From assembly GCA_965197745.1 (NCBI GenBank), contig CBDANS010000005.1:320001-384000 (forward strand): 64,000 bases of DNA, written 5' to 3'. The translations under genes and the position numbers were made by a program. The stretch comes from Opitutales bacterium (lineage in GTDB: Bacteria; Verrucomicrobiota; Verrucomicrobiia; Opitutales; PNEW01). Shown here one piece after another: positions 42,601-54,366 of the stretch. The notes below the pieces were generated by a model. That model worked only from the letters and a program-made list of their open reading frames with translations. It was not told where the DNA came from and did not search any database. Every line of letters begins with the position of its first letter. Position 1 is the first letter of the stretch.

Positions 42601-43778
42601 CAGCGGGTGCAGTTATATCAGTGGGAGATGGTGACGCGATTGAAGACAACGAAACACTTGCTCGTTGGGATCCGCACAACGTGCCTATTCTTTCAGAAAA
42701 AGGAGGAATGATTGGATTTAAAGATATGATTCCCGGTGTTACGGTTAAGAGAGAGCTTGATCCTGCTACGGGACAGATAGCCACGGTAGTTATTGAGCAT
42801 AAGGAAGACCTGAACCCTCAGATTGAAATACGTGAGGCGCCCGCAAATGCGGTACCGAGTAAATCCAGTACTGCTTTGAAAAAAGGTAAATTATTATCTA
42901 CCTATGCGATCCCAACAGGAGCCCAGGTTCAGGTGAATGAGGGGGATATCATTACCCCGGGTTCTCTCCTCGCCAAGACACCACGCCAGGCATCAAAAAC
43001 TCAGGATATCACTGGCGGCTTGCCCCGTGTGGCTGAACTCTTTGAAGCACGCCGGCCAAAGGAAGCCGCGGCAATGGCTAAAATTGATGGCGTTGTTTCC
43101 ATGGGAGGACTCATCCGGAGCAAGAAAAAGCTGATCGTAACCAATGAGGATTCAGGAATCGAAGAAGAGCATCTGATTCCCCATGGCAAACATATCATTG
43201 TGCAACCAGGAGACCTTGTTTATAAAGGTCAGCACCTTACCGAAGGATCCGCTGATCCACATGAAATTCTTGAAATTCTGGGACCGAATACGGTGCAGGA
43301 ATACTTGCTGAGTGAAATTCAGAAAGTCTATCGCCTGCAGGGCGTATCCATTAATGATAAACACATTGAGCTTATCATCAGTCAGATGTTGAGAAAGGTG
43401 CGTATCACCGATCCCGGTGATAGTGATTTTTTCTGGGGTGAGCAGGTAGACAAGGAGTCATTTATGCGGGATAATGAGCGGATCGTCGAAGCGGGTGGAA
43501 AACCAGCAGAGGGGGAACCCGTCCTTCTGGGGATCACCAAGGCCTCGATCGAAACGGAAAGTTTCATTTCCGCCGCCTCTTTCCAGGAGACGACGCGTGT
43601 CCTCACTGATTCTGCCACTTTGGGTAAAGTGGATCACTTAAAGGGCTTTAAGGAAAATGTAATAATGGGGCATCTCATCCCTGCGGGAACAGGGTTACCT
43701 GTTTACCGGCGATTGCGTATCGACACCCTGGGGCCTGAATTAGTAGAAAGTGAGACCGAAACAGAAGAGGTTGTTTGA
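39627..43778 (+). CDS. rpoC: RNA polymerase beta' subunit
   Basis: NADFDGDQM active site, N-terminal Zn finger, [13 protein letters not shown]. Confidence 0.99.
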   Translation: MSVQEVKEFLGFEKDQYFDSVSISVASPDIIRSWSRGEVKNPETINYRTFKPEPGGLFCQRIFGPVRDYECACGKYKRIKFKGVVCDRCGVEVTVSRVRRERMGHIELAVPVTHIWFLKSLPSRLGLLMDMTARSLERVIYYENYMVTDPGKTPLEEKQLLTEQEFQHAVEEYGDDSFVAMMGAIALREVLSNMDLDNVVEELHEQLHNTRSKQIKKKLSRRLKVVQGFIHSGTRPNWMVLDVLPVIPPDLRPLVPLEGGRFATSDLNDLYRRVINRNNRLKNLLQLKTPDVIIHNEKRMLQEAVDALLDNGRHGRAVTGAGNRPLKSLSDMLKGKQGRFRQNLLGKRVDYSGRSVIVIGPELKLNQCGLPKKMALVLFEPFIIRRLKELGFVHTVRGARKMIEKRSPEVWDILEEVTEGHPVLLNRAPTLHRLSIQAFEPVLIEGDAIRLHPLVCHAYNADFDGDQMAVHVPLSLEAILESKLLMMSTHNIFSPSSGDPVLTPSQDVVLGAYYLTLEPRKEPEDINALPLLANAFEVELAEIDGTFKKHDWIRYLNPDYGKDSVYGNKDRKVILTTIGRVLFNQIWPNEIGYINFAVAKSKLGDLILNTYKSAGRLETVKVVDALKELGFQIATTAGLSIGTEDMIIPDDKDQIVDRARDQVKEVERQYRKGIITQGERYNKIIDIWTSATDEIAKSVYDRLQENMGKDEVNPIYLMMDSGARGSRVQVRQLCGTRGLMAKPSGEIIERPILSSFREGLTVLEYFISTHGARKGLADTALKTADAGYLTRKLCDVAMDVIITCEDDKNRDGIVKFAIYEGDDEIVSLYDRIVGRCASEDIYNPSNVDELIISNGELVTEEKARRIEELGIERVKVMSPLTHTRYDSLPAKAYGINPATNSLVDIGTAVGIIAAQSIGEPGTQLTMRTFHVGGIASQISKSNEIQVRNAGTVKYHSLRMVQVSEGVNVVLNKTGSIIIVDENDKELESYNIPAGAVISVGDGDAIEDNETLARWDPHNVPILSEKGGMIGFKDMIPGVTVKRELDPATGQIATVVIEHKEDLNPQIEIREAPANAVPSKSSTALKKGKLLSTYAIPTGAQVQVNEGDIITPGSLLAKTPRQASKTQDITGGLPRVAELFEARRPKEAAAMAKIDGVVSMGGLIRSKKKLIVTNEDSGIEEEHLIPHGKHIIVQPGDLVYKGQHLTEGSADPHEILEILGPNTVQEYLLSEIQKVYRLQGVSINDKHIELIISQMLRKVRITDPGDSDFFWGEQVDKESFMRDNERIVEAGGKPAEGEPVLLGITKASIETESFISAASFQETTRVLTDSATLGKVDHLKGFKENVIMGHLIPAGTGLPVYRRLRIDTLGPELVESETETEEVV

Positions 43779-43936
43779 ACGCAATGGTAGCAAAACTGAA
43801 TTTTAAGAGCCCATTAAGCAACCGATGCAAGGATGGGAGCATAATGGAAAATTATCAAATATTTAAAAATATATCTTGATATCCTCTTAAGAAACAATAC
43901 CTTTTGCTCTTTTTATAAGAAGTAAAGCTGCTCAAC

Positions 43937-44314
43937 ATGCCCACGATCAATCAATTAGTTAAGAATCCGCGCAGACGTGTAAAATCCAAGTCAAAGGCAC
44001 AGGCTTTAAAAGGGAATCCTTTTAAGCGCGGAGTTTGTGTACAGGTTATGACCCGTACTCCAAAAAAACCGAACTCGGCTATCAGAAAAGTAGCTAAAGT
44101 GCGGTTGACTAACGGCGTAGAAGTGATCGCTTACATCCCTGACGAAGGACATAACCTGCAAGAGCATCATATTGTGCTTGTTCGCGGTGGCCGAGTACAG
44201 GACCTTCCCGGTGTGCGTTACCATATTGTACGTGGCGCGCTCGATTGCATGGGGGTGGAGAAACGCAGACGCAGCCGTTCTAAATATGGGGTGAAGCGCC
44301 CCAAGGCTGCTTAA
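43937..44314 (+). CDS. rpsL: 30S ribosomal protein S12
   Basis: [23 protein letters not shown]. Confidence 0.99.
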   Translation: MPTINQLVKNPRRRVKSKSKAQALKGNPFKRGVCVQVMTRTPKKPNSAIRKVAKVRLTNGVEVIAYIPDEGHNLQEHHIVLVRGGRVQDLPGVRYHIVRGALDCMGVEKRRRSRSKYGVKRPKAA

Positions 44315-44359
44315 TTGATAAACCGGTTTAAACGTTTTACGGCTACTTATTAATATACC

Positions 44360-44833
44360 ATGTCCAGACGACGTAGAGCAGAGAAGAGATCGTTATCTCC
44401 CGATCCCAGGTATAATAGTACTCTGGTCAGTCATTTCATTAATATCGTCATGCACGATGGTAAAAAAACAACCGCAGAGAAGATTGTATACGGAGCTTTT
44501 GAGGGTGTAAGTGAAAAGCTGGGGAAAGGCGATCCCATTGATTTACTTCTGGGGGCCTTGGAAAATGCCAGACCAAAGCTGGAGGTTAAAAGTCGCCGCG
44601 TGGGCGGTCAAACCTATCAGATACCGCTGGAGATACCCTATGAGCGTCAACAGAGTCTGGCTTTCCGATGGTTGCGTGATGCTGCAGCCCACAAAAAAGG
44701 GGTAAAGATGAAAGATGCGCTCGCACTTGAAATAGTCGACGCTTATAATAATACCGGTACGGTGGTGAAGAAAAAAGAAGATGCCCATCGTATGGCTCAA
44801 GCTAACCGCGCATTTGCTCATTTGCGTTGGTAG
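44360..44833 (+). CDS. rpsG: 30S ribosomal protein S7
   Basis: [21 protein letters not shown]. Confidence 0.99.
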   Translation: MSRRRRAEKRSLSPDPRYNSTLVSHFINIVMHDGKKTTAEKIVYGAFEGVSEKLGKGDPIDLLLGALENARPKLEVKSRRVGGQTYQIPLEIPYERQQSLAFRWLRDAAAHKKGVKMKDALALEIVDAYNNTGTVVKKKEDAHRMAQANRAFAHLRW

Positions 44834-44857
44834 AGCTTGTGTAACTTTTTTTGTCCT

Positions 44858-47014
44858 ATGGTTTTGGTCTCAGAACTATCTGCTGTTAATTCTACAGAAC
44901 GTAAATTCCCACTGGAGTATACGCGCAATATCGGTATCGCTGCACATATAGATGCCGGTAAAACAACGACTACGGAACGCATTCTATTTTACTCAGGTGT
45001 AGTCCACAGAGTAGGCGAAGTTCATGATGGCAACACGATTACTGACTGGATGGAGCAGGAACGGGAGCGTGGCATCACGATTACTTCTGCCGCCATTTCA
45101 TGCAACTGGAATACAAAGACCGGACCTTTCGCTGATATTCAGCACCAGATAAATATTATTGATACGCCAGGCCACGTTGATTTTACCGCTGAAGTGGAAC
45201 GATCGCTTCGCGTCTTAGATGGTGCGGTGGGCATTTTCTGCGCTGTCGCTGGCGTTCAACCCCAGTCGGAAACAGTTTGGCGCCAGATGGATAAATATTT
45301 TGTCCCTCGAGTCGCGTTCGTAAATAAAATGGACCGGACAGGAGCTAATTTTCTTAATTGTGTCGATGATATTAGAAATAAACTGGGCGGCAACGCCCAC
45401 CCCATTTTTTTACCGATCGGTGCCGAAGGAAATTTCAAGGGTCTTATTGATTTAATAACCATGGAGGCATTGATCTATGATGAAGATGATCCTTCAGGGG
45501 TAAATTATTCTTCAACTGAGATTCCTTCAGAGTATGCGGATGAAGCGGATAAATATCGCGACGCCCTCATTGAAGCCCTGTCCGATTATGATGATAATAT
45601 CGCCGAAAAATATCTCGATGGAAATGAGATATCGACAGAACAGATTCGGAACGCAATACGTATAGCTACCCTAAGCTTGAAATTTCTCCCCGTCATACCG
45701 GGGAGTGCTTTTAAAAATAAGGGAGTTCAGATGCTTTTTGATTCAGTTATCGACTACTTACCCAATCCCCTTGATTTACCTCCTGTTGTTGGACATAAAG
45801 ATGATGGGACAAAGCTCGATATCAGACCCAATGACGGAGAACAGGTCACTGCTTTAGCTTTTAAATTAATGACTGATCCTTATGTCGGGAAATTAGTCTT
45901 TATTCGTATTTACTCAGGGACTCTCAAGAAAGGGAGCTCGCAATACAATCCTCGAACAGGGAGGATGGAACGCATCAGTCGTCTCATGGTTATGAAAGCG
46001 GATTCCCGTGAAGACATAGATACCGCGTATAGCGGTGACATATGTGCAATTATTGGTGCTAAAGATGTTATTACCGGGGATACCCTTTGTGATAAAAAAA
46101 ATGAACTGCGACTTGAACCGCCGACTTTTCCCGAACCTGTTATTTCAATGTCAATTGAACCTAACAGTAAAGGGGAACAGGAAAAACTATCTATAGCTTT
46201 GAAGCGGCTCTCCGAGGAGGATCCAACATTTGTCGTTTCCACTAACCATGAAACGGGTCAAACGATCATCGCCGGCATGGGTGAACTCCATCTGGAAATT
46301 ATTCGCGATCGTCTTTTCCGCGAATTTAAAGTAGAGGCTGATGCCGGGAAACCACAGATTGCCTACCGTGAGACCGTGACAAAGGTGGCTCAAGGGGAGG
46401 GTAAGTTTATCCGTCAGTCTGGAGGTCGTGGCCAATATGGTCATGCCGTGATAAAAATGGAACCCAATGAAAAGGGTAAAGGGGTTGAAGTGATCAGCGA
46501 AATTGTGGGTGGCGTGATCCCTAAGGAATATATTAAACCGACAATCATGGGTATTAATGAAGCAGCGAATAATGGGACTATTGCCGGGTATCCGGTTATC
46601 GACTGGGTAGTGCGAATCGTAGATGGCAGCTTTCATGAAGTTGATTCCTCTGAAATGGCTTTCAAAATGGCGGGAATTTTTGCCTTCAAAGAAGCGATGA
46701 AAGTGGCTAAACCGATCCTTCTGGAACCGATCATGAAAGTCGAAGTTACAACTCCCGAAGAATATCAAGGAGATATTATGGGTGATCTCAATCGCCGCCG
46801 TGGTAAAATTCAAGGGATTGAATCAAAAAATAATTTGAATATAATATCCGTACATGTTCCTCTTGAGACAATGTTTGGATATTCCACTGATATGCGTTCA
46901 CTGTCAAAAGGCCGAGCGTCATTTGCTATGGAGCCATCTCATTTTGAGCAGGTGCCAGCTAGCTTATTAAAGAATATTGTCGAAACCATCTCCCGGGAAC
47001 CAGCAAGAAGTTAA
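44858..47014 (+). CDS. fusA: Elongation factor G (ATG 44858 chosen as start)
   Basis: [29 protein letters not shown]. Confidence 0.99.
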   Translation: MVLVSELSAVNSTERKFPLEYTRNIGIAAHIDAGKTTTTERILFYSGVVHRVGEVHDGNTITDWMEQERERGITITSAAISCNWNTKTGPFADIQHQINIIDTPGHVDFTAEVERSLRVLDGAVGIFCAVAGVQPQSETVWRQMDKYFVPRVAFVNKMDRTGANFLNCVDDIRNKLGGNAHPIFLPIGAEGNFKGLIDLITMEALIYDEDDPSGVNYSSTEIPSEYADEADKYRDALIEALSDYDDNIAEKYLDGNEISTEQIRNAIRIATLSLKFLPVIPGSAFKNKGVQMLFDSVIDYLPNPLDLPPVVGHKDDGTKLDIRPNDGEQVTALAFKLMTDPYVGKLVFIRIYSGTLKKGSSQYNPRTGRMERISRLMVMKADSREDIDTAYSGDICAIIGAKDVITGDTLCDKKNELRLEPPTFPEPVISMSIEPNSKGEQEKLSIALKRLSEEDPTFVVSTNHETGQTIIAGMGELHLEIIRDRLFREFKVEADAGKPQIAYRETVTKVAQGEGKFIRQSGGRGQYGHAVIKMEPNEKGKGVEVISEIVGGVIPKEYIKPTIMGINEAANNGTIAGYPVIDWVVRIVDGSFHEVDSSEMAFKMAGIFAFKEAMKVAKPILLEPIMKVEVTTPEEYQGDIMGDLNRRRGKIQGIESKNNLNIISVHVPLETMFGYSTDMRSLSKGRASFAMEPSHFEQVPASLLKNIVETISREPARS

Positions 47015-47019
47015 AGATT

Positions 47020-47328
47020 ATGGCCAACCAGAGAATCCGCATAAAACTAAAAGGGTATGATTATCGTGTCATCGATCAATCGGCTTCAGAGATTGTGGAT
47101 ACTGCTAAGCGTTCCGGCGCGCGTATCGCGGGGCCAGTGCCATTGCCCGTTCGAATAGAAAAAATTTCGGTTAATCGCTCACCACACGTCAATAAAAAGT
47201 CCATGGATCAATTTGAAACGCGCACCCATAAAAGGCTCATTGATATAATCGATCCCACCGCACAGACCGTCGATGAACTTAAAAAACTTAACCTCCCTGC
47301 GGGGGTTGACATCACCATTAATGTTTAA
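47020..47328 (+). CDS. rpsJ: 30S ribosomal protein S10
   Basis: [20 protein letters not shown]. Confidence 0.99.
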   Translation: MANQRIRIKLKGYDYRVIDQSASEIVDTAKRSGARIAGPVPLPVRIEKISVNRSPHVNKKSMDQFETRTHKRLIDIIDPTAQTVDELKKLNLPAGVDITINV

Positions 47329-47457
47329 CATCATCTCCCCTTTGCTCGATATATGTATTAACCTGCTTTTCTAAATATTCAACCCTACTAATGCAGGGCT
47401 ATGAAAAATGGAGACGACTCCAGATAAAGTAGTCTTCTTCCCCTGCCGCTTAGAAAA

Positions 47458-48105
47458 ATGAACTATACTTTAATTGGTAAAAAAATCGGTATGACACAGG
47501 TATACGACGGCGAAAACCGTCTTTTACCTGTGACCGTAGTTGAGGCAGGTCCCTGTTATGTCACTCAGGTAAAAACATCTGATTCTGACGGTTATAATGC
47601 CATTCAGATCGGCTACGGAGCAAAAAATGCCAGGAATGTAAATAAAAGTGAGATCGGCCATTTTAAAAAAGCCAAGGTTGACCCTGTTGCCGCCCTTAGT
47701 GAAGTAAGGTTTAAAGAGTCCCCTGAATTTAATGTGGGTGACAAATTGACGGTATCGGGCTTCGAGGAAGGTCAGAAAGTAGATATTGTAGGAGTCACTA
47801 AGGGAAAAGGATTTCAAGGCGTAGTACGGCGATATAACTTTTCTGGTGGCAATGCCACTCACGGATCAATGACACATAGACGTGGGGGCTCCTACGGGCA
47901 ATGCCAATGGCCAGGTAGAATTTATAAGGGGAGAAAAATGCCGGGTCAGATGGGCAATGTTCGACGTACCGTTCAAAATATACAGGTTGTCAAAGTTCTT
48001 GAAAAGAAGAATGTCCTCCTCTTGAAGGGAAGCCTCCCCGGTTCGAATGGAAGCCAGGTTATGATTAGAACCGCTAAAAAATCCAAAACCCCGCTTAAAA
48101 ATTAA
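47458..48105 (+). CDS. rplC: 50S ribosomal protein L3
   Basis: GKKIGMTQ, KGKGFQG, KMPGQMG. Confidence 0.99.
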   Translation: MNYTLIGKKIGMTQVYDGENRLLPVTVVEAGPCYVTQVKTSDSDGYNAIQIGYGAKNARNVNKSEIGHFKKAKVDPVAALSEVRFKESPEFNVGDKLTVSGFEEGQKVDIVGVTKGKGFQGVVRRYNFSGGNATHGSMTHRRGGSYGQCQWPGRIYKGRKMPGQMGNVRRTVQNIQVVKVLEKKNVLLLKGSLPGSNGSQVMIRTAKKSKTPLKN

Positions 48106-48117
48106 CAATCTGCTACG

Positions 48118-48750
48118 ATGAAACTTAAAGTCTACACTACCGACGGGGGTAAGAGTAAGGAAACGAACTTTGATATTCCTGAACTTAAAGGTGACAAGGG
48201 ATTGAAGGCGCTTAAGCAGGTAATATTAGCCCACGGAGCGAACCGGCGTCAGGGTAACGCCTCGACTAAGACTCGCGCTGAAGTTCGTGGTTCTGGTAAG
48301 AAACCCTGGCGTCAGAAGGGCACGGGATTAGCGCGAGCAGGCAGCCGTCGATCTCCTATTTGGAGAGGCGGTGGCATTACTTTTGGACCACGTCCGCGTG
48401 ATTACACCCAGAAAATAAATAAGAAAATGAAAGATCTCGCGTTCCAGCGAGCGATTTTTGAACGGGCTGTCGATGGGGATATAAATGTCATTGAACAGTT
48501 CGAGGTGAAGGAACCAAAGACGCGAATTTTAAATTCTATCATCGGGAAAATAGCCCCTCAGGGCAGAGTGCTTATTGTCGATGATAATTTTAGTGACTCA
48601 GCTAAATTAGCAGCGCGCAATATTGAACGTCTGGCGGTCACTGAAGCCGATACCGTAAACGCGTTCGATTTCGCTCTATATGACAAAATCATTTTTAGTA
48701 AGAAAGGCATCGATAAGGTGCTTTTTCGGGTACAGGGAGAACCGTCATAA
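48118..48750 (+). CDS. rplD: 50S ribosomal protein L4
   Basis: KPWRQKGTG, GGGITFGP. Confidence 0.99.
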   Translation: MKLKVYTTDGGKSKETNFDIPELKGDKGLKALKQVILAHGANRRQGNASTKTRAEVRGSGKKPWRQKGTGLARAGSRRSPIWRGGGITFGPRPRDYTQKINKKMKDLAFQRAIFERAVDGDINVIEQFEVKEPKTRILNSIIGKIAPQGRVLIVDDNFSDSAKLAARNIERLAVTEADTVNAFDFALYDKIIFSKKGIDKVLFRVQGEPS

Positions 48751-49040
48751 TGTTTGAAACCGATAAAATATTGCAGGAACTCGTAATTACCGAAAAGGCA
48801 ACTGAGCTTACCTCGATGGCCAATAAATATACCTTTAAGGTTTTTCCTGAGGCCACTCGCACCAATGTGGCCCGCGCCGTGGAAAAAGTTTTTTCCGTTA
48901 CAGTGACAGGGGTAAATATTTTAAATGTAAAACCCAAAATAAAACGCGATCGTACGCGCCACGGAAAGCTCGGTCGAAAGGGAGGTATGAAAAAGGCTAT
49001 TGTCACGCTTAAAGAGGGAGAGCAATTACAAGTATTGTAA
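48750..49040 (+). CDS. rplW: 50S ribosomal protein L23
   Basis: ITEKA, KKAIVTL. Confidence 0.97.
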   Translation: MFETDKILQELVITEKATELTSMANKYTFKVFPEATRTNVARAVEKVFSVTVTGVNILNVKPKIKRDRTRHGKLGRKGGMKKAIVTLKEGEQLQVL

Positions 49041-49059
49041 ACGGCAAAGAATTTGAATC

Positions 49060-49899
49060 ATGGCTATTATAAATAAAAAACCGCTAACTCCCGGCCAGCG
49101 TTTTCACGTCAGCAATAAATCCGAGGTCGATAAAAAGCGGCCGGAAAAGCGTTTGTCCAAGGCTCAAAAAAAGACAGGGGGAAGGAACTGTTATGGACGT
49201 ATTACTTCGAGAAGACGGGGAGGGGGTCACGCGCGCCTTTTTCGGAAAATCGATTTTAAACGGGATAAACTGGATATTCCCGCTAAGATTACAGCCATTG
49301 AATATGATCCCAACCGATCCGCAAATATTGCTTTGCTTGTCTATGCCGACGGCGAAAAGCGCTATATCTTGGCCACTAATGATATTAAAGTGGGCGACAC
49401 CTTATTGAGTACTGAGACTAAAGCTATTTTTGATTCTGGAAATAATCTTCCCTTAAAAATGATTCCTCCCGCGACAAAAGTACATGCAATTGAATTGCAG
49501 TCTGGTAAGGGCGCACAAATCGCGCGTTCAGCAGGCACTGCTGCTCAACTCGTGGCTGTCGAGGGTGAGCACGCCACACTTAAAATGCCCAGTGGTGAAA
49601 TGCGTATGGTCCGCTCAGATTGCAAGGCGACAATAGGTGAAGTAGGAAACTCCAATCATAAAATAATTTCATTGGGGAAAGCAGGGAGAAATCGTTGGAA
49701 AGGTCGCCGGCCTCGAGTCCGTGGCGTTGCGATGAACCCGGTTGATCATCCCATGGGTGGAGGAGAAGCTAAAACTTCAGGCGGGGGTCACCCGGTATCA
49801 CCCTGGGGTCAGCTTTCCAAAGGTTTTCCCACTCGCCGTAAACAGGCATCCGATCGTATGATCCTCATACGAAGCAATGGTCGCAAAGTGAAGCATTAA
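49060..49899 (+). CDS. rplB: 50S ribosomal protein L2
   Basis: [21 protein letters not shown]. Confidence 0.99.
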   Translation: MAIINKKPLTPGQRFHVSNKSEVDKKRPEKRLSKAQKKTGGRNCYGRITSRRRGGGHARLFRKIDFKRDKLDIPAKITAIEYDPNRSANIALLVYADGEKRYILATNDIKVGDTLLSTETKAIFDSGNNLPLKMIPPATKVHAIELQSGKGAQIARSAGTAAQLVAVEGEHATLKMPSGEMRMVRSDCKATIGEVGNSNHKIISLGKAGRNRWKGRRPRVRGVAMNPVDHPMGGGEAKTSGGGHPVSPWGQLSKGFPTRRKQASDRMILIRSNGRKVKH

Positions 49900-49919
49900 T
49901 ATACAATCAATATATAACT

Positions 49920-50195
49920 ATGGCACGCTCTATTAAAAAAGGTTTTTTCGTTGATCCCAGTCTTTGGAAAAAAGTTTCAATGGCCCAGGAAACGAATTCA
50001 CACAAACCGATAAGGACCTGGTCTCGTCGATCAACGGTCACTCCGGAATTTGTTGGTCTCAATTTTGAGGTGCATAACGGCAAAAACTTTATTGCCGTTC
50101 ATATCACTGAAAATATGGTTGGCCAAAAATTGGGTGAATTTTCACCCACCCGCACCTTTAGATCCCATAATCCACATACTAAAAAGGCAATATGA
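49920..50195 (+). CDS. rpsS: 30S ribosomal protein S19
   Basis: [15 protein letters not shown]. Confidence 0.99.
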   Translation: MARSIKKGFFVDPSLWKKVSMAQETNSHKPIRTWSRRSTVTPEFVGLNFEVHNGKNFIAVHITENMVGQKLGEFSPTRTFRSHNPHTKKAI

Positions 50196-50269
50196 TTTAA
50201 TCGTTAATGGCCATTGATACTAAAATCCTGATTTATATCGAAATTCACTTTTTTTAAAATTTTTCAACC

Positions 50270-50614
50270 ATGGAAGTTCAAGCGCTAACAAAATATGCTC
50301 GAATGTCGCCGAAGAAAATGCGCGATATTACACGCGAAATTCAAGGGCGGAAAGCTAATGAAGCATTGGAAATGCTCGGGTTTATTCCGAGAAAGTCTGC
50401 TCGTCTTGTCGCTAAGACGTTGAAATCAGCCTTGGCCAATGCCGAAAATAATCACAATTTACCATCAGATTCGCTCGTCATAAATAAGGCGGTGGTGGAG
50501 GAAGGTCCCGCCCTCGGGCGTTTTAAAGCAGGGGCGAGGGGCACGGCTAAACCAAGAGAAAAACGTCAAAGTCACATTCGAATTATCCTCTCGGATAACG
50601 AAAATAAACAATAA
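50270..50614 (+). CDS. rplV: 50S ribosomal protein L22
   Basis: RMSPKK, SALANAENN, SHI. Confidence 0.98.
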   Translation: MEVQALTKYARMSPKKMRDITREIQGRKANEALEMLGFIPRKSARLVAKTLKSALANAENNHNLPSDSLVINKAVVEEGPALGRFKAGARGTAKPREKRQSHIRIILSDNENKQ

Positions 50615-50623
50615 GATAGATAT

Positions 50624-51265
50624 ATGGGACAAAAAGTAAATCCAATTGGTTTTCGTCTTCAAGTTCGACGCGACTGGGAGTCGAGGTGGTATGCCGAAAA
50701 GAAAGAATTCGGATTATTACTCGAAGAGGATTATAAAATCCGTAATCGCCTGCATAATAGATTAAAGTATGCGGCAGTGCCTCGCATTTTCATCGAACGC
50801 GCCAGCAATCGAATAAGAATTAAACTTTTTACGGCGCGACCAGGAATTGTCATTGGACGAAAAGGTCAGGAACTGGATAAAGTGAAGGATGAGCTTCACA
50901 AGTTGCTGCAAAAAGAAATTTTGCTTGATATTCAGGAAGTAAAAAAGCCTGATCTGGTTGCTCAGTTAATGGCTGAAAATGTGGCTTTACAATTGGAACG
51001 TCGTATTTCCTTTCGCAGGGCGATGAAAAAAGCGGTACAAACCGCAATGAGCCTCGGAGCGGAAGGCATTCGTATTCAAGTTGCCGGCTGTTTGGGCGGG
51101 TCAGATATCGCCCGGACACAATCCCAGCGTGCAGGTAGGGTTCCCTTGCATACTTTACGAGAAAACATTGACTATGGATCCGCCAGAGCAAGCACGGTTT
51201 GTGGTGTCATAGGAGTGAAATGCTGGATGTGCACTAAACAAGATGAAAATCCGTTAAGCGGTTAA
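50624..51265 (+). CDS. rpsC: 30S ribosomal protein S3
   Basis: MGQKVNPIGFRL, RPGIVIG, GRVPLHTLR. Confidence 0.99.
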   Translation: MGQKVNPIGFRLQVRRDWESRWYAEKKEFGLLLEEDYKIRNRLHNRLKYAAVPRIFIERASNRIRIKLFTARPGIVIGRKGQELDKVKDELHKLLQKEILLDIQEVKKPDLVAQLMAENVALQLERRISFRRAMKKAVQTAMSLGAEGIRIQVAGCLGGSDIARTQSQRAGRVPLHTLRENIDYGSARASTVCGVIGVKCWMCTKQDENPLSG

Positions 51266-51271
51266 ATTTCT

Positions 51272-51691
51272 ATGGCTCTTATACCCTCAAGAACAAAATA
51301 TCGAAAATCTCAACGGGGTCGTATGCGCGGCAACGCAAAACGTGGATACACGCTTGCCTTTGGCGAATTTGGTATTCAAAGCCTGGGACTCGGATGGGTA
51401 ACCTCGTCTCAGATAGAAGCTGCCCGTGTCGCCGTCAATCGGCATCTCAAGCGTAGAGGTAAAGTATACATTCGCATATTTCCTCATAAACCAATTTCTC
51501 ATAAACCTGCGGAAACCCGTATGGGTAAGGGAAAAGGTCCGACCGAAGCATGGGTCAGTATCGTCAAACCAGGCACGATTATATTTGAAGTCTCGGGAGC
51601 TGGGTTATCTGCCGCGCGTGAGGCCTTGAGTCTCGCTGATGGTAAACTTTCCCTGAAATGTCGTTTTATCAGCAGGGAAGGACTAATGTAA
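51272..51691 (+). CDS. rplP: 50S ribosomal protein L16
   Basis: [15 protein letters not shown]. Confidence 0.99.
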   Translation: MALIPSRTKYRKSQRGRMRGNAKRGYTLAFGEFGIQSLGLGWVTSSQIEAARVAVNRHLKRRGKVYIRIFPHKPISHKPAETRMGKGKGPTEAWVSIVKPGTIIFEVSGAGLSAAREALSLADGKLSLKCRFISREGLM

Positions 51692-51699
51692 TTTATCCC

Positions 51700-51903
51700 A
51701 TGGAAGCTAAAGAAATACGCGAACTGAATATTTCAGAAATTGATAAGAAGATCCGTGATACGCGTGATCAGATGCTTCATATGCGCCTGCACAAAGAAAC
51801 GGGTCAGGTAGAAAATCCTAGTGAGATACGCAGTTTGCGACGCGATATAGCCCGTCTGGAAACGATAGTTGGTGAGATGCGAGCAGCTGAAAATAAAAAA
51901 TAA
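51700..51903 (+). CDS. rpmC: 50S ribosomal protein L29 (ATG 51700)
   Basis: [18 protein letters not shown]; operon position. Confidence 0.95.
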   Translation: MEAKEIRELNISEIDKKIRDTRDQMLHMRLHKETGQVENPSEIRSLRRDIARLETIVGEMRAAENKK

Positions 51904-51920
51904 TTTATTACTTATACAAT

Positions 51921-52196
51921 ATGGAATCTAAACCGAGAAATAAAAGAAAAAATATTATAGGTGTCGTCACGAGCCGGTCAGGCGATAAGACGGTTAAAGT
52001 AACGTATGCCTATAAAATTCCGCATAGTCGCTATACCAAAGAAATAAAGCGTGAAACGGTGGTCCATACCCATGACGAAAAGAATGAATGTGGGGTGGGG
52101 GACAAAGTGGAAATAATGGAAACTCGGCCTTTGAGTAAACTGAAACGCTGGCGGATCAGTCGCGTTATAGAACAAGCGCAAGAAGTTATAAGCTAA
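51921..52196 (+). CDS. rpsQ: 30S ribosomal protein S17
   Basis: [16 protein letters not shown]. Confidence 0.98.
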   Translation: MESKPRNKRKNIIGVVTSRSGDKTVKVTYAYKIPHSRYTKEIKRETVVHTHDEKNECGVGDKVEIMETRPLSKLKRWRISRVIEQAQEVIS

Positions 52197-52233
52197 TAGC
52201 GATTATCCCTCTACTCTCTTTACAAGCACCGCC

Positions 52234-52599
52234 ATGATACAGCTCTTAAGTAAACTTGATATAGCCGATAATACCGGAGCTAAAAGTGCGAAAATGATAC
52301 GCCGGTTGGGGCAATTGAAAAAAACCGCTTCGATAGGGGATGTCATTGTCGTGAATATTAAAGAGAGCACAACCACAGCTACAGTAAAGAAAGGCGAGGT
52401 GGTAAAAGCCGTAGTCGTTCGTACCAAAGCTCCTATTCGTCGATCCGATGGCAGCTATCTACGTTTCGACAGCAATGCTATTGTTCTTCTGGATGCCACG
52501 GGTAACCCTAGCGGCACTCGAATTTTTGGACCCGTTGCCCGCGAATTACGCCAAAAGAATTTTATGAAAATTGTAAGCCTGGCCCCGGAAGTTTTATAA
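52234..52599 (+). CDS. rplN: 50S ribosomal protein L14
   Basis: [22 protein letters not shown]. Confidence 0.99.
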   Translation: MIQLLSKLDIADNTGAKSAKMIRRLGQLKKTASIGDVIVVNIKESTTTATVKKGEVVKAVVVRTKAPIRRSDGSYLRFDSNAIVLLDATGNPSGTRIFGPVARELRQKNFMKIVSLAPEVL

Positions 52600-52600
52600 A

Positions 52601-52879
52601 ATGAAAAAACGAATAAAAACAGGTGATGAAATTATAGTCATTGCTGGTAACCATAAAGGTGAACGGGGGAAGGTGCTGCAGGTTTTTCCCAGCCAGGAAC
52701 GTGTTCTGGTTGAAGGAATTAATTTAAAGACCAGACATCAAAAAGCTAATACTGCAGATGGGCAGAGCAATCCTGAGGGTGGTATTATTAAACGCGAGGC
52801 GCCCTTTCATCTCTCTAATGTAATGCAAGCTGAACGCTGGGACTCACGTCAGGGAGCAAAGCAGGTAAAGAGCAAATAA
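52601..52879 (+). CDS. rplX: 50S ribosomal protein L24 (short form)
   Basis: KOW GDEIIVIAGNHKG, VEGIN, HLSNV. Confidence 0.96.
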   Translation: MKKRIKTGDEIIVIAGNHKGERGKVLQVFPSQERVLVEGINLKTRHQKANTADGQSNPEGGIIKREAPFHLSNVMQAERWDSRQGAKQVKSK

Positions 52880-53034
52880 AAATCCTGAAAATCATCTATT
52901 GCCGTATAATAAACCCTTTTTACTGCAAATAATATTAAATTTGTCTTGAAACCAGAGTAGACACCTGAAAAATCATGCATTTTTTGCTCAATATCCTTAA
53001 ATACGTTGCCCCTTAGGGTTGACGTCAATGAGCT

Positions 53035-53586
53035 ATGTCAAAACCCGTTTTAAAATCATATTATCTAGAAGAGATTGTCCCTGCGTTGATGAAAAGCCGG
53101 GGCTACGTTAATAAGCACCAGATTCCAACGATTGATAAAGTTGTCATAAATTCCGCTGTAAGTGCAGACCTTGAAAGAAGTGCCATCGATGATACGGCGA
53201 GTGAATTGGCTCTGCTTGCCGGGCAAAAACCCATTATTACTAAAGCACGACAAAGCGTCTCTAACTTTAAAGTCAGACAGGGAATGCCATTAGGGGCAAA
53301 GGTCACGCTTCGCGGTAATCAAATGTACGAGTTTCTTTACAGGCTCATCGGAATTGCATTACCCGAAATTCGCGACTTTCGAGGCGTTTCCAATAAATTC
53401 GATGGCCATGGAAATTATACGCTTGGGATCACCGACATCACAATTTTTCCAGAGATTAATTCGGATACCCTGAAACGTAGTATGGGATTGGATATAACTA
53501 TCGTAACGGGGACTGATGACGACCAGGAAGCAAGGGAACTGCTATCACTTTTGGGATTTCCATTTCGTGATAGCAGCAGCAACTGA
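53035..53586 (+). CDS. rplE: 50S ribosomal protein L5
   Basis: GQKP, KVTLRG, IRDFRG, FDGHGNY. Confidence 0.99.
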   Translation: MSKPVLKSYYLEEIVPALMKSRGYVNKHQIPTIDKVVINSAVSADLERSAIDDTASELALLAGQKPIITKARQSVSNFKVRQGMPLGAKVTLRGNQMYEFLYRLIGIALPEIRDFRGVSNKFDGHGNYTLGITDITIFPEINSDTLKRSMGLDITIVTGTDDDQEARELLSLLGFPFRDSSSN

Positions 53587-53609
53587 TAATTATTTTATTT
53601 AAAAGAACT

Positions 53610-53915
53610 ATGGCTAAAAAAGGAATGATTGAACGCAATAAGAGGCGCCAGCGCCTGGTAGAAAAATATGCTGCTCTACGCGCTGAACTCAAAGGTATTC
53701 TGGCCGACGCCAATACGACAGATGAGGATTTTTATAAAGCCCAAAGAAAGCTTGCCAAGTTGCCCCGCAATTCAAGCGCTATTCGGCTTCGCAACCGTTG
53801 TGCCGTTACCGGGCGCCCACGCGCCTACCTCCGTAAATATCGTCTATCACGTATTACCTTTCGTGAAATGGCGCTGGAAGGAAAAATTCCCGGAGTTACT
53901 AAATCTTCCTGGTAA
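53610..53915 (+). CDS. rpsN: 30S ribosomal protein S14 (long, Zn-independent form)
   Basis: [25 protein letters not shown]. Confidence 0.98.
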   Translation: MAKKGMIERNKRRQRLVEKYAALRAELKGILADANTTDEDFYKAQRKLAKLPRNSSAIRLRNRCAVTGRPRAYLRKYRLSRITFREMALEGKIPGVTKSSW

Positions 53916-53955
53916 ACTTATTAATACCGCTTTCGATTAGATTGTTCTATTTATC

Positions 53956-54348
53956 ATGTCTGATACCATCAGTGATTTTTTAACGATTATCCGCAATGCC
54001 AATCGCGCTCGCAAGGATACGTGTACAGCACCTTATTCGAAGATGAAAATGCGTATTGCCGAGATTATGAAAGGTGAGGGTTTTATCCGCAATTGCGCAG
54101 AGGGAAAAGATGAGAGAGGTCACCCCTCTATTATTATTACGATGAAATATGTTGATGAGAAAACCGCTATAAGCGATATACAACGCTGGAGTAAACCCGG
54201 ACGGCGTCTCTATTATCAGCATGATGATATCCCCAAAGTGTTAGGGGGTCTTGGACTTGGTATCATGACAACCTCTAAAGGAGTAATCAAAGATCGTGAT
54301 GCCCGCCGTGAAAAAGTAGGCGGGGAACTGATCTGTGCTGTGTGGTAA
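53956..54348 (+). CDS. rpsH: 30S ribosomal protein S8
   Basis: DFLTIIRNA, SKPGRRLY, GGELIC. Confidence 0.99.
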   Translation: MSDTISDFLTIIRNANRARKDTCTAPYSKMKMRIAEIMKGEGFIRNCAEGKDERGHPSIIITMKYVDEKTAISDIQRWSKPGRRLYYQHDDIPKVLGGLGLGIMTTSKGVIKDRDARREKVGGELICAVW

Positions 54349-54366
54349 TACTTGACCCTTTTTCCT

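Noticed and set aside
46187..46813. Long antisense ORFs (for example 208 aa opposite fusA, 169 aa opposite ffh, 147 aa opposite pilD)
   Set aside because: They fully overlap conserved genes and show no recognisable motifs; typical shadow ORFs
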